Source: Mobula birostris (Eukaryota). Taken from it: a stretch of DNA of 64,000 nt. Below, piece after piece: positions 1 through 12,739 of the stretch (its first letter is position 1; each line of letters opens with the position of its first letter). The position numbers and the translations under genes are program-made. The notes beneath the pieces were generated by a model that did no database searches, was not told the origin of the DNA, and saw only the letters and a list, made by a program, of their open reading frames with translations. The stretch is taken from contig NC_092374.1 in the NCBI RefSeq assembly GCF_030028105.1, positions 178,522,057 to 178,586,056 on the forward strand, given 5' to 3'.

Positions 1-224
1 GATGCAGCACTGACCCTTGCAGCACACCTCTAGTCACAGGCCTCCAGTCAGAGAGGCAAACATCTCTGGCTTCTCTAATGAAGCCAGTGTCACATCCAAT
101 TTACTATCTCAACTGAAGTGACTGAACATTTTCAATCAGCCTCACACATGGCTCCTATAAAAACAATGTGGGTCTGCATACAGTGTGAAGCCCATTCACT
201 TTACAAGCATAATGATGCACGCAC

Positions 225-488
225 CTGTCATGCTTCTGTTGGTTGGTTGAATTGCTATCTGGAGGTTGGCCATGGACAGCTTGTGCCGATTGATTAGTCT
301 CTGGGTCTCCTTCGTCCAGTAGTCACCATCCAGTTCTCTCTCCATCCACGGCTGTCTTGAAATGTCCTCCATAATACTGTTGTCAAAGTAGGTTATCTGG
401 ACATCATCCAAAAGTCCAACGTGTACAAACTCAGGAAAATCCACATTTCCGGTCATCGAGGTGTAAAAATATTGCCGTTTGTGTGTCT
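225..488 (-). CDS. MHC class I-like gene A, alpha1 exon (264 nt)
   Basis: Translates as (E)THKRQYFYTSMTGNVDFPEFVHVGLLDDVQITYFD...RQPWME...DYWTKETQ...TNRSMT(G), a class I alpha1 pattern. Acceptor TTTGGCAG| at 490-489, donor |GTGCGT at 224; both boundaries are phase 1, as expected for MHC exons. Confidence 0.93.
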
Positions 489-689
489 CTGCCAAATACA
501 AAACAACCACAACTTCATAATGAGGTCACATATCATGGCGATTCTCCTTCCTCATCTCCTGCCCCGCTAGTCATCAGTGATGTGCAAAGTTCAAAAAATG
601 AACATATTCAACTTAGTGTTTGAAGGAAATCACTAAAACAGACAGACAGATGGAAGGGAAACACGTACAGTTCTGATTATTGCATTACA

Positions 690-950
690 GGATACATGTG
701 ACCACACTGGAGGGGTGTAAAGAAGAATGGCGGATTCTGTTTATGAGGAAAGACTGGAGAGGCTGTGTTTGTTTTTCTCGAGGCAGAGTAGGTTGAGGAG
801 GGATCCAAAAGAGGTGTGTCAAATTATGAGAGACATAGAGTAGATAATGAGAACCTTTTCCCCATAACAAAGACATCCGAAGTAGACAGCATAAGTTTAA
901 GGAGAGAGGAAGTTGAGAGGGGATCGAGGGAAATGTTTTCACCCAGAAGG
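690..950 (+). mobile_element. Degraded CR1 LINE 3' fragment
   Basis: Resembles the CR1 ORF2 end (ERL..L.LF.LE..RL) seen intact at 27780-28030. Confidence 0.6.
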
Positions 951-1449
951 TGAGGTTCAGGAACTTATTACCCTTCAACCATCAGACTACCTCAACACTG
1001 AACCAATTCCACAACCTATGGACTAACTGTCAAAGGCTACATCTAGTTTTCTCAGTATTATTTAATTATTATTATTTGTCTTTTTTCTTTTGTATTTGTA
1101 CATTTTGTCTCTTCTACACATTGGTTGTTTGTCTGTAATTGTATATGTGTAGTTTTCCGTTAATTATTGTGTTTCTTTTACTGTGAATGCCTGCAAGGAA
1201 GTGAATCTCAGGGTAGTATATGGTGACATAGTCATGCTTTGATAATAAATTTACTTTGAATTTTGAACTTTGATTGCAATTTGTAAAACACACTTTGAGG
1301 AGCGGATAGGTAATCTCAGAGACATAAAGGTGTCTGAATTCAGTAGACAAAATGCTAGTTCTCATGGGTGGGTTAGAGTGGAGAGTCATCAGCTTCAAAT
1401 TCCTGGCTGCCAACATCTCGGTGACGTTTCATGGGCATGGCACATAAAT

Positions 1450-2120
1450 TAAATCATTAAAAAGGTCCATCAACATCTCTGCTTTCTGAGAAATTTAAGA
1501 TTTGCCATAGCACCAAAAATGAGAACAGACTTCTACAGGAGTACTATAAAGTATCCTAAATGGAGGCCTTATGATTAGTATGGCAATTCCAATGCAAAAG
1601 AACACAAGATGTGGCAGGGAGTAGTGGACATAGCTTGGTCTAAAATGGACACAGCCCTCCCGTCCACTGACAGCATCTACAGGAGGTTCTGCCCCAAGAA
1701 GATGGCATCTATCAGCAGCATCTTTTCAATCTTGGTCATGCCCTCCTCTGGGTTTTGCCACTGGGCAGGAGGTACAGAAGCCTGAGGTCCTACATCATCA
1801 GCTTCAGGATCAGATACTTTCCTACAACCAAGAGGTCCTTGAACTGACCTGCACGACACCAATCTACCTCAGCAATGGAGCAGTGCAGACCACCTCTAGA
1901 ACTATCCTGGTTTTATTGTTGATTGTGTTTTTTTTTGGAATAATGTCTCCTTTTTGCACATTTTTTCATTTCTATTCACCATCATATAGCTTACATATAA
2001 CTTACCTGTATGTACAAATTATATTCTGCAATTGTGAGCCTGTGATGATGCTGCAAGCAAGTTTTTCACTGCATGTGTACCTCGCTGTATTTGTGCACAT
2101 CACAATAAACTTGATTTGAG
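1450..2120 (+). mobile_element. Rex1/Babar LINE 3' fragment
   Basis: Degenerate match to the 3' ORF and tail of the better-preserved copy at 9260-9910. Confidence 0.65.
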
Positions 2121-2339
2121 TTGACTTGAATTGCAAAGGCACAGAAGGCTAAGGACTAAATGCTGGCAAACAGAACTACTATAGATGAGGACACAACAGT
2201 TAGCATGTTTGTGATGGTCTGAAGGGACTGCTACTGTCCTCCATGAATCTATGACCCTCTCATTTCAAAATTTGCCTGCTTTCTTTTTTTTTGAATATCC
2301 CAGATGATTCCACTTCCCCTGCATAGGGAATTCCAGAGA

Positions 2340-3050
2340 TTATCCATTCTCTCTGAGAGTGTCAATTGTGTCAAAATGCTGTTGATTGATGTCAGTACTG
2401 TTTTCAATACAATTATTCCCCAGATATTGGTTGGAAAATTGTCCATGTTTGGTCCCACTACTTGCATCTGTAACTGGACCTTGATCTTCCTGATGAAGAG
2501 ACCACCCATTGCCCCTGTTGGCAGCAATGTCTCTGATCCCATCACACATAGCACTAGCACGCCCCTAGGGCCGTACTTTCAACCTACTGCTGTTCATAAC
2601 ACTAACACACAACTGCGTTGCCAAATCCATTCTAACTGCATCATTAGGTTCGCAGACAATGCAAAAGTGGTTGGCCTCATCAACAGCAATGATGAAACAG
2701 CAGGAAGGAGGTAGTGCAGCTTGTGGACAGGTGTAAACACAGCAACATAAATCTCAATGTCGACAAGACTAAAAGAGATAATGTTCGACTTCAAGAAGAT
2801 GCAGGCTGACAACTTCATACTACACATAATGGCTTCTTTACGGAGAGAGTCAGAAGCACCAAGTTTCTTGGAGTGCACATGACTGGCAATCTCCTATCTC
2901 CCCACCTTCCCCACATTTCCTCCCACCCTCCCATTTTCACCACCTTCTACCGGAGCACCAAAAAGAGTGTCCTAATCAGCTGCATTACTGTCTGGTACAG
3001 TAACATTATACATTATAATGTCTTACATAAACATGCACATCGCACTTCAT
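2340..3050 (+). mobile_element. Rex1/Babar RT remnant
   Basis: ORF 2304-2714 contains STVFNTIIP, CNWTLIFL and IRFADNA..VGLI, degenerate Rex1 RT motifs. Confidence 0.75.
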
Positions 3051-3222
3051 GCCAACCTGTCAGTCTTCACACATGCCACTCAGGGATTGTGCTCATGTTA
3101 TTTTGCGACTTTATGTGCCGGATTGGACGATCCAGGGGCGGCGTGGTGGTTAACACAACGTTTTACAGTACCAGCAATCCAAATTCAATTTCCACTGCTG
3201 CCTGTAAGGAGTTTGTACGTTC

Positions 3223-3368
3223 NNNNNNNNNNNNNNNNNNNNNNNNNNNNNNNNNNNNNNNNNNNNNNNNNNNNNNNNNNNNNNNNNNNNNNNNNNNNNN
3301 NNNNNNNNNNNNNNNNNNNNNNNNNNNNNNNNNNNNNNNNNNNNNNNNNNNNNNNNNNNNNNNNNNNN
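3223..3368. other. Assembly gap (146 N) in intron 1 of gene A
   Basis: Run of N. Confidence 1.
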
Positions 3369-3369
3369 T

Positions 3370-3800
3370 CCTGAGACTGCCTGGACAGGAATGTGGGAAA
3401 ATGTGGGCTGACCACCAGGCATCTAGCTAACCGAGTTTTGGATCTTGGACTAGTGTAGATGAATGCTTGATGGTCAGACTGTTTCTGTAATGTGCGTCTC
3501 AATGTGAATAAAGTGGGGTGTAGGGAAAGTGGAAAGCACTTTAATGCCTCTGCATCCACCTTGGCCCTGAGAACATTTTCTTTTACTCATCTGCTGGAGA
3601 GGCATTATTTATAGGCCCTTCATTACTGCCCCATTGAAGGTGAGGATGAACCATCTTTGTCGATCTGCTGGAGACCTTCTGGTGAAAGTTCCACCAATAA
3701 GCCATTGGAGTGAGGTGCTGTATGCTAGGACTTAATGTCCAATGAACATTCAGGAGTGGCAATATATTTCCAACTCTGGATGGCGTGGGGAACCTGCAGG
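3370..3800 (-). mobile_element. Rex1/Babar RT remnant
   Basis: Reverse complement resembles the AFNTI/LGL..LC.WI region of Rex1 RT; degraded. Confidence 0.5.
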
Positions 3801-4364
3801 GAGTAGTGTTCCCATGCAAATTAAGCTTTTGACCCTCCTGGTGGTGGTCACAAGTTTTTGGTGAGGAACTGTGATGGATTTCATAGATGGTGCAAACTGC
3901 AGCTGCCATCCACTCATAAAGTAAGGAATGAATGTTCAGGGTGGTGGATGGCAGGCTGCTTTGACATCCAGCAAAGAGAAGAGTACACGTTAGCACTCCT
4001 GACGTGTGTAATCTGACTGGATTCATTGTCCACAGCAACAGCGAGGCCGGGGGAGAACTGATACAAAACTGCTACACAAATAAAACAGACTGTAGGAAAC
4101 CAAAGGGCTGAGGTATAAGGAAAAGGTGGGACTGGATTTGGGGAACACAATTTGTATTCAGAGGGTGGTTGGATTCTGGAACGAACAGCCTGAGAGGGTG
4201 GTGGACCAGAGACTCTCACAACGTTGAAGCATCTGGATGAGCACAGCTCAAACCCACCTATAAATATGCGGACAACACAAATATTGTTGGAAGAATTTCA
4301 GCTGGTGACGAGGAGGTGTACAAGAGTGAGACAGATCAGTTGGTAGAGTGGTGTCACAGTAACA

Positions 4365-5163
4365 AATCTAAATCAGGTTTCACACTGCTGGCATGTGTCA
4401 TGAAATTGGTTAACTTTGCTGCAGACTACAATACAAATTTATATATACAGTATATAGTTATATTAAATAAGTAGTGCAAAAATAGAAACAAAAAAGTGGT
4501 GAGATAGTGTTCATGGGTTCAATATCCATTCAGAAATTGGATGACAGAGGGGAAGAAGCTGTTCCTCAATCATTGAGTGTGTGCCTTCAGGCTTCTGTAC
4601 AATGAGAAGAGGACATGTGATGGCTGATGGGCGTGCTTAATGATGGCATTGGTATGTCACCAGAGACACTCACAAATTTCTACAGATGTACCGTGGAGAG
4701 CATTCTAACCTGTTGCCTCATCATCTGGTACGGCGGCTCCACTGCGCAGGATCGATAAAAGCTGCAGGAAGTTGTCAACTCAGCCAGCTCCACTGTGGTC
4801 ACCAGCCTCCCCTGTATCCAGAATACCTTCAAAGAGAGATGACTCAAGAAGGCAGCATCCATCGTTATGCCATCACATGCCCTCTTCTCATGGCTACCAT
4901 CAAGGATGAGGTACAGCAGCCTGAAGGCACACACCCAATGTTTCCAGATCAGCTTCTTCTCCTCTGCCATCAGATTTCTGAATGGACACTCAGCCCACAA
5001 ACACTACCACAGTCATTCTTCCCTAACTTCTTCCATGACTTATTTTATATTTATACACTTACTATTGTAATTTTTAGTTCTTTTATTATGTATTGCAATG
5101 TATTGCTGCCGCAAAATAACAAATTTCATGACATATGCCCATGATATTAAACCTGATTCTGAT
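4365..5163. mobile_element. Two Rex1-type 3' ends joined head-to-head (foldback)
   Basis: 4365-4440 (aaatcaggtt...catgaaatt) is the reverse complement of about 5087-5163 (aatttcatg...aacctgatt). The interior switches strand near 4640. Confidence 0.6.
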
Positions 5164-5719
5164 AAAATTATCAGGGGCATAGATACAGAAAGCACCCAGT
5201 ATCTTTACTGTTAAAATGTCTAATACTAGAGGGCATACATCTAAGATGGGAGTGAGGGTAAATTCAAAAGAGACGTGCAAGGCAGTAGGGATGAATTTAG
5301 TAAGGCATTTAATTGCCAATTTAATTATTTCACACAACATTGCAGGCCGCAGGATCTACTCCCGTAATGTTCTATGTTCTAAATTGCAGGGAGCTGAGTA
5401 CACAGCACAGTCCATCACTCTGTCTACATTTCCCCCTACCTCAGGAAAGAAGACAACAAACCCTTTGCACCCAAGTCATTTTTGGTTCGCCCCACTCCTA
5501 CTGGGAGAGGATTCAAAACTTGAAAACAGGAACCAGCTGCTTTAAGGACTGCTTTGGTCCAGCTGTCATAAAGCTCTTGAATGGACCTGTAGTATAATAA
5601 ATTTGAACGACCAACCTTACAGCCTACCTTGTTATGGCACTTGCACCTTATTCTCTGAAAATGTAATACTATAATCTGCATTCTTTTATTCCTCTTCTCT
5701 TTGTTCTACTTTGATGTAC

Positions 5720-6570
5720 TTACATTTTGAAATTATCTACAATGATAACATACAAAACAAAGTTTCCCACTGTATCTTGGTATAGCTCCAAGACCACATA
5801 CAAGTTTGCTGATGATACCACTATTGTGGGCTGTATCAAAGCTGGTGATGAATCTGCATACAGGAGGGAGATTGAAAATTTGGCTGAGTGGTATAATAAC
5901 AACAACCTCTCACTCAATGTCAACAGTACCAAGGCACTGATTGTGGACTTCAGGAGAGGGAAACCAGAGGTCCACGAGCCAGCAACCATGGAGGACCAGA
6001 GGTGAAGATGGTCAGTAACTTTAAATTCCTGTGAATCACTATATCAGGGGACCTGTCCTGGAACCATCACTATTGCAAAGAAAACACTTCCTCAGGAGTC
6101 TGCGAAGATTCAGCATGTCATCAAAAACCTTGGCAAACTTCTATAGATGTGTGGTGGAAATTGTGCTGACTGGCGGCATTATGGCCTGGTGTGAGAACAC
6201 CAATGCCTTTCAGCAGAAAATCTACAAAAGGTGGATTTGGTCCTTTACATTGCAAGTAAAACCCACTAAATCATGAAACATTGCCATACAAAAGCTGCTT
6301 CTATCAACATCATCCTCACCACCCAGGCTGTGCTCTTTTCTAGCTGCTGCCATCAGGTAGAAGGTATAAGTGCCTCAGGACTCACACCACCCAGTTCAAG
6401 AACAGTTACTACCATTATTACCCCTCAATCATCAGACTCTTGAACAAAAGGGGATAACTATATTCATTCTATCTCTGCTGTTCCCACAACAGATGATCTC
6501 AATTTAAGGATTCTTAAACTTGTTATTTCATGCTTGTTATTTATTGCTATCTATTTATGTTTGTATTTGC
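5720..6570 (+). mobile_element. Rex1/Babar RT 3' fragment
   Basis: YKFADDTTIVG, LSLNV..TK.LIVDFRR and LRSLRRF...KTL.NFYRCVVE motifs. Confidence 0.85.
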
Positions 6571-7443
6571 AGAGTTTGTTGTTCATTGACCGCGTTTGCA
6601 GTTACAGTTTTATAGATTTGCTCTGTATGCCCGTAGAAAAAGAATCTCCGCCATGTACGTACTCTGATACAGTAATAAATTTTATTTTGAACTTTGAACA
6701 TCTGACAAATCATTTTTGGAGGTCTACAGATGAGAAGAACTTAAAAGGAAGCAGAAAAATTATCAGGGGGCGGAGACATTCGATCTGGGACAGAATCAAC
6801 AACTTGGGTGGATTCGGCTGATAAGATAAAAACTGTACAAACACTGGAGGTCAGCGTTGAGCCTGGGCCGACGGCGCAGCGAAACAGCAATGCCACCAGA
6901 TGCACCACCCCCAAGTCCTTCAAGTCACAGTTTTTTTTTTAATGATTTTGCCCTGAGGCAAGTCGACTGGAGTGATCCAAACACGGAGTTCCATAAAGTT
7001 GTGGAGTTAGAGGCCGGGGGGGGGGGCGCGGGATAGCGGGGTTGATTCCACCCTTCCGGGAAAGAGTAGAGAGAGGGACAATCCTCGACAACAGGGGGCA
7101 CAAAGAGCACACTGTGCGCTGCATGTCTGATGGACCATGGCTCAACGATAGTAGAGTCCAGCCATACTGGAGGAGTGCAGATCACCCCTATTCCTGTAGT
7201 TCCGAAATCAATTTAAAACGGATCACTTTAACGTTGTCTGTTCCCCGTTTACTACCTCCCCGGTTCTGTAATCATGCGCCCTATTGTTAGTCGGGGAAGT
7301 TACACAGGAATCCTTCACTGGAGTCCTTTATCGGGCAAGGAATTAAGTATCATCCCTTTCAAACCCTAACCATAGTCTAAAATTATCAACGAAGTGTCTC
7401 CCGGGGCGACAGTGGAGGCTGGGTTGATGAAATCACTATTCAC

Positions 7444-7495
7444 CTGGGCAAACCGGACGAATGGAAAGACACAGGGTACAGAGTATCAGCAACAT
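7444..7495 (-). CDS. MHC class I-like gene A, leader (signal peptide) exon
   Basis: ATG at 7495 encodes MLLILCTLCLSIRPVCP + G, then donor GTGAAT. Phase 1 joins the alpha1 exon in frame (G|AG = E). It lies about 157 bp downstream of an SXY module. Confidence 0.82.
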
Positions 7496-7651
7496 TCCCC
7501 AAACTTAATGCTCGGCTGGGACACAGAATCAAATTATATAAAAAATAAAATGAAAATCCACAGATTTATCCACACAACTCTACGGCTTCATTTCCAGGTA
7601 CTCGGTGCTAAGCCTGTTAAAAAAAAAACTAAGCTTTTCCTATACAGGCAG

Positions 7652-7727
7652 CCAATTAGAAGCTTAAGGAAGTCTGATCACCAGTTACCAGGCAGTCTTG
7701 ATGCCTGCAGTTTGAGAAATAGAAACT
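7652..7727 (-). promoter_or_regulatory. MHC class I promoter: ISRE - S - X1 - X2 - Y
   Basis: On the - strand: AGTTTCTATTTCT (7727-7715), CAAACT (7714-7709), 16-bp spacer, CCTGGTAACTGG (7692-7681), TGATCA (7680-7675), CTAATTGG (7659-7652). Order and spacing match the known MHC SXY enhanceosome. Confidence 0.8.
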
Positions 7728-8430
7728 AACAGAGAGGCGCGGCAATTGCTGGTTATGAACAGAAGTTAGAGTCCAGTTTTTTTTTTGTTCTGGAGCCTCG
7801 GATGTTGAGGGGCGGCCTGACAGAGGTGTATGAAATTATGCGAGGCAGAGATACAATAGACATACTGTAGACCTTTTGCCAAGACCTATGATTGTTTTTG
7901 AACTTTATTAACGTTCAGTAACATGCTGACAAGGCTTGGAAGATAGTTCCGGATTAAGGTATAACAGCCCAGGGTTATAATGAGTCTTAATGAGCAATAA
8001 GATACAAATTTCCTCTATGTTCTGTACTGAATTAATTAGCTGCACCACTAATAAAGGGGAGAGGCTCTTCCTAAAGAAGGGTTTGTGATTCAAAATTTTT
8101 ACTGGGTTCTCTTCCCCTCTGATATATCACAAATAAATGAAGGGAATCCCAGCTATTTTCTTAATGCATTTTTGTCTTTTAAGAGTTGTCCCATGTACGT
8201 GGCTGCCCCAATTAACCGGTGGACTAATTAACCAGGGAGTGAACGTTGACTCACACCTTGAGGCCTGCGTCGCGCATTTTCATGCCTTACAAGGTGCAGA
8301 TCCCTCCCTCCCTCCCTAATTAACCAGAACCCAGCATATTTGCCAGACAGCAAATGGTAGGACGTGAAGTGCTTCTCTCTCCAGATGAGGGGCACTTCCC
8401 CTACTAACAGTGACATCTAAACAAATTCCA

Positions 8431-8590
8431 CTCTAACCATGCAAACAAAAGGAATTCTGCACATGCTGGAAATTCAAGCAATGCACATCAAAGTTGCTGG
8501 TGAAGGGTCTTGGCCTGAAACGTTGACTGTACCACTTCCGAGAGATGCTGCCTGGCCTGCTGTGTTCACCAGCAACTTTGATGTGTGTTG
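8431..8590. mobile_element. Small Penelope-terminus hairpin fragment
   Basis: 26-bp inverted repeat (8479-8504 / 8565-8590, 2 mismatches) around a partial hammerhead motif; same sequence as the Penelope termini at 46727 and 50200. Confidence 0.75.
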
Positions 8591-9910
8591 CTCCATTCTG
8601 ACCATACTGGATAATTCCAGCTACCGGAGCAACAGGTCAACGGCAGATGCCATCTCTCTGGCCCTACATTCCTCCTTAGAACACCTGGAGAATAAAGAGG
8701 CATATGTAAGGCTCATTTTCATTGACTACAGTTCTGCCTTTAATACCATCATTCCAAATAAACTGATTCCTAAGCTCTGGAACCTGGGCCTTAGCAGTCA
8801 GATCTGTAGCTAGATCTTCAAATTCCTCACAAACAGGACCCAGGCTGTAAAAATAGGGGACAAGCTCTCCTCTACAATCACTCTGAGCACTAGTGCCCCA
8901 CAAGGCTGTGTACTCAGCCCCCTGCTGTACTCACTGTACACCCATGATTGTGTAGCCAAGTTTCCATCAAACTCAATATATAAGTTTGCTGATGACACAA
9001 CAATTGTAGGCCGTATCTCGGGTAATGATGAGTTTGGGTACAGAGAGGAAATTAAGAACCTGGTGGCATGGTGCGAAGACAATAACCTATCCCTCAACAT
9101 CAGCAAGACGAAGGAATTGGTTGTTGACTTCAGAAGGAGTAGCGGACCGCACGATCCAATTTACATCAGTGGTGCGCAAGTGGAACAGGTCAAAAGCTTT
9201 AAGTTCCTTGGGGTCAATATCACAAATGACCTGACTTGGTCCAACCAAGCAGAGTTCACTGCCAAGAAGGTCCACCAGTGCCTTTACTTCCTGAGAAAAC
9301 TAAAGAAATTTGGCCTGTCCCCTAAAACCCTCACTAATTTTTATAGATGCACCTTAGAAAGCAGGGTGCATCACAACCTGGTATGGAAGTTGTCCTATCC
9401 AAGACCGAAAGAAGCTGCAGAAGATTGTGAACACGGCACAGCACATCACACAGACCAATCTTCCGTCCGTGGACTCACTTTACACTGCATGCTGTCGGAG
9501 CAGTGCTACCAGGATAGTCAAGGACACGACCCACCCAGCCAACACACTTTTTGTCCCTCTTCCCTCCGGGAGAAGGTTCGGGAGCTTGAAGACTCGTACG
9601 GCCAGATTTGGGAACAGCTTCTTTCTAACTGTGATAAGACTGCTGAGTGGATCCTGACTGGATCTGGGCCATACCCTCCAAATATCCGGACCTGCCTCTC
9701 GGTTTTTTTGCACTACCTTGCTTCCCATTTTTCTATTTTCTATTTATGATTTATAATTTAAATTTTTAATATTTACTAATTTTAACTATTTTTAATATTT
9801 ATAATATTTAATATTTGTAATCCAGGGAGTGTGAAGCACAGAATCAAATATTGCTGTGATGATTGTACGTTCTAGTACCAATTGTTTGGCGACAATAAAG
9901 TATAAAGTAT
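8591..9910 (+). mobile_element. 5'-truncated Rex1/Babar LINE (RT), relatively young
   Basis: [39 protein letters not shown]; a stop at 8811-8813 and a frameshift near 9362; tail ATAAAGT repeated at 9894-9910. Confidence 0.9.
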
Positions 9911-9914
9911 TCGT

Positions 9915-10094
9915 TTAAACCACTCCCAACCGATCCAGTAAATTTGCCCGCAAGAATATTGGTCCCCCTTGGATTCAAGTGCAACATGGCCTTTTTGTAC
10001 AGGTCTCACCTGCCCCAGAAGAGGGCCCAATTATCCAGAAATCTGAATCCCTCTCCCTCCCCTGCTCCAATTCTTCAGCCACACCTTTACCTGT
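9915..10094 (-). mobile_element. Older CR1 ORF1 fragment (left half of the L1 host)
   Basis: Continues at 20743-20978 across the L1 TSD and resembles 19340-19700 of the young CR1. Confidence 0.65.
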
Positions 10095-12030
10095 CTCCTC
10101 ATTCTATTCCTTTTTTTTATAATTTATTTTTTATTGAATTTCATCATCAAACAAACATTTCTATAAGTTGTATTTCAGATACTGTACATATATATCATAT
10201 AATCATATTTGTCACAAATCTCCACGTAATATTTATCTGAGATATACACTTACAGAAAAGAGAGGAAATGAAAGAATAATCGAAAGAAGAAAGCTATGTA
10301 CATAGTAGGGAGTGATCTTTTTTTTTACAACATATTCATTAACTTGTGAGAATAAAATCAGGCCTATGATGTGTTATGTAGTTGAACCAATTTTTCCAGC
10401 ATGAATAAAATTGTTCCAACTTATGATTAACAGATGCTGTTATCTTCTCCATTTTGTAAATGTCCATTGTAATTTTGTAATTTTCATCCATACATTTGGA
10501 GTTGGGCTGTCCTGTGATAATCATTTCCTGGTAAGAGTCTTTTTACCAACCACCAGCAGTACATACATTAAATATTTATCTCTTTTCAACCATTCTTGAG
10601 GTATATACCCAAAGTATATGGTCTTACTCTCTAAGGGTATCTCACATTTAAAGATGTCTTGTAGGGCATTATGTATCCCAATCTAGTAGTCTTTGATAAC
10701 GGGGCATTCCCAGAAAATATGATAACGGTTTGCATTTTGATTTCCACAATTTCTGCAGCAAACAGGGGGTTGTTATCATAATGGGGTTTCTGTGAGGGTG
10801 TAATAAAATATCTTATCAAGTTTTTCCACCCGAACTCCCTCCATTTCTGTGAACTGGTACACTTCCATTGATACCTCCATATTATTGTTCAGTCTTCCTC
10901 AGATATTATCATCCCTCCTTCCTTCTCCCATTTTGTTTTAATGTATGAAGTTGAATGCATTTTAAGATTTGACAAATCCTTATTCATGCTTGAAATGATC
11001 ATACTACCATTGTCTGAATTATATGCTTTTCTAAACAGCTCTATCAGACACGCACTTGCCTTGGTTACATTTTTAACCGTCTTATTAACATACTGTCACA
11101 TTTGTAAAAGTCTTGTTTTTCTAACGCGTGTTTCTCTTTGAGCATTTCAAAACTGAACAGTGTTCCTTCTTTCATTATATTGCAAATAGCTGTTATTCCT
11201 CTAGCTGTCCAGTCCTTAAATCTAGCATCCAGTTTATTCGGCGTAAAATCCGAGTCATAGGCACACCATTTAAGAATCGCAATGTCTCTCTCCGGTTTAC
11301 ATTCTTTTATAATAGTTCTCCATATCTTAAGAGTCAATTTCACCCATGGGTTGTCAATATTATTTATGTAACTGTAGGTTGTTATCAGCCAAAATTGCCT
11401 GTATGGGGATGGAATGTATCATCTCCTCAATGTTTTTCCATTGAGTGTCATATGATGGGTTGCACCAGCATATCGCAGCTCTCAACTGTGCTGCAAAATA
11501 ATAATCTCTAAGAGAGGTAGGCCCCAACCCCCCTTTTCCTTGGCTAATTGCAAAGTTTTGAGACAAACCCTAGGCCTTTTACCTTGCCATATATATCTTA
11601 ATAGCATCTTGTTCCTCTCATTGAATTGATTTTGGTTAATCTCAATTGGTAGGGTCTGAAAGAGATATAGTAGTCTGGGCAGTATATTCATTTTAATAGA
11701 TTCAATCCTTGAACTGAGGCCAAGAAAAGGGATTAGGTTCCATCTTGTTATATCCTCCTTAATTTTTTATATATTGGCTGATAATTGCATTCTGATACCT
11801 TTGCCAAATCTTTTGGCATAATGATGCCCAAATATTTGACGGACTCTGTTTGCCATGCCCAAGTATATCTACTTTCAATTTCTCTTGGTGGACTATAGTT
11901 ATGTGAAAGTAGTTTGGTTTTATCTATATTGATCTTGTATCCTGCTAATTGGCCATATTGTTCAAAGGATTGCATCAATTTAGGTAAAGAGTCTTTTGGT
12001 TGCCCAAGATAGATCAAAATGTCATCCACG

Positions 12031-12233
12031 TGTAAGGGGGTTTCATCTTTTATGTTACTGCATAGGCTAATTAAAATGGCTTCTTTGTTATGTTAAACGC
12101 TGAGCAAGTTCTTGCGCTAGTAGCTTGTTTTGGGTTAGATTGCGATAAGAAGATGTTACAAACCAATTGGGATAGTTGTTATGCTTTTGGTATCTGTAAG
12201 ATTTGTATGCGTGGGGTTTTGGAGGGAGAAGGC

Positions 12234-12282
<49 letters not shown>

Positions 12283-12739
12283 GATGGACCAGGTGCTGTG
12301 ATGTCCGTTAACGGGGTCGGACCCCAAGCGGGGCGTTCAGAGAGGAGAGGAGAGGAGACCCAGACGGACTCGTGTGGAGCATCTGGTTGACCACCATTGT
12401 TGGTCCCAGGCGGCCGGTCGATGTGGTCCGAGGGGTTGCAGGGTGAAGAAGAAGGATCCTGAGCTCCAACTGCTTGTGCATGAAGAGATTGAACATTGAT
12501 AAGTGTAGCGCCTTTTATTTTCCTTTTATATTTTATTCTCTATTAATTATATAGTTCCAGTAATATCTATAAACTGTAAATCATTTAATCGTATCTGGTG
12601 TATTTGTCTGTTATTTGGGTGGGGTGGGGTACATCACACAACATCCACACAAACTAATTACCCAGTTTGGCAGGGCCGAGAGCTGTTTCCCTAGATGACA
12701 GCGAGCTGAGCAACCCTGAGGTTGGCCGGGGGTGCTACT
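12031..12739 (+). mobile_element. Solo LTR (709 bp) with 4-bp TSD
   Basis: Starts TGTA, ends TACT (mutated TACA). TSD CACG at 12027-12030 and 12740-12743. Homologous to 42122-42807. Confidence 0.85.
12236..12277 (+). repeat. (GA)21 microsatellite inside the LTR
   Basis: Direct reading. Confidence 0.95.

Noticed and set aside
3018-3559. ORFs spanning 2873-3559
   Set aside because: They are artefacts of translating through the N gap and repeat fragments
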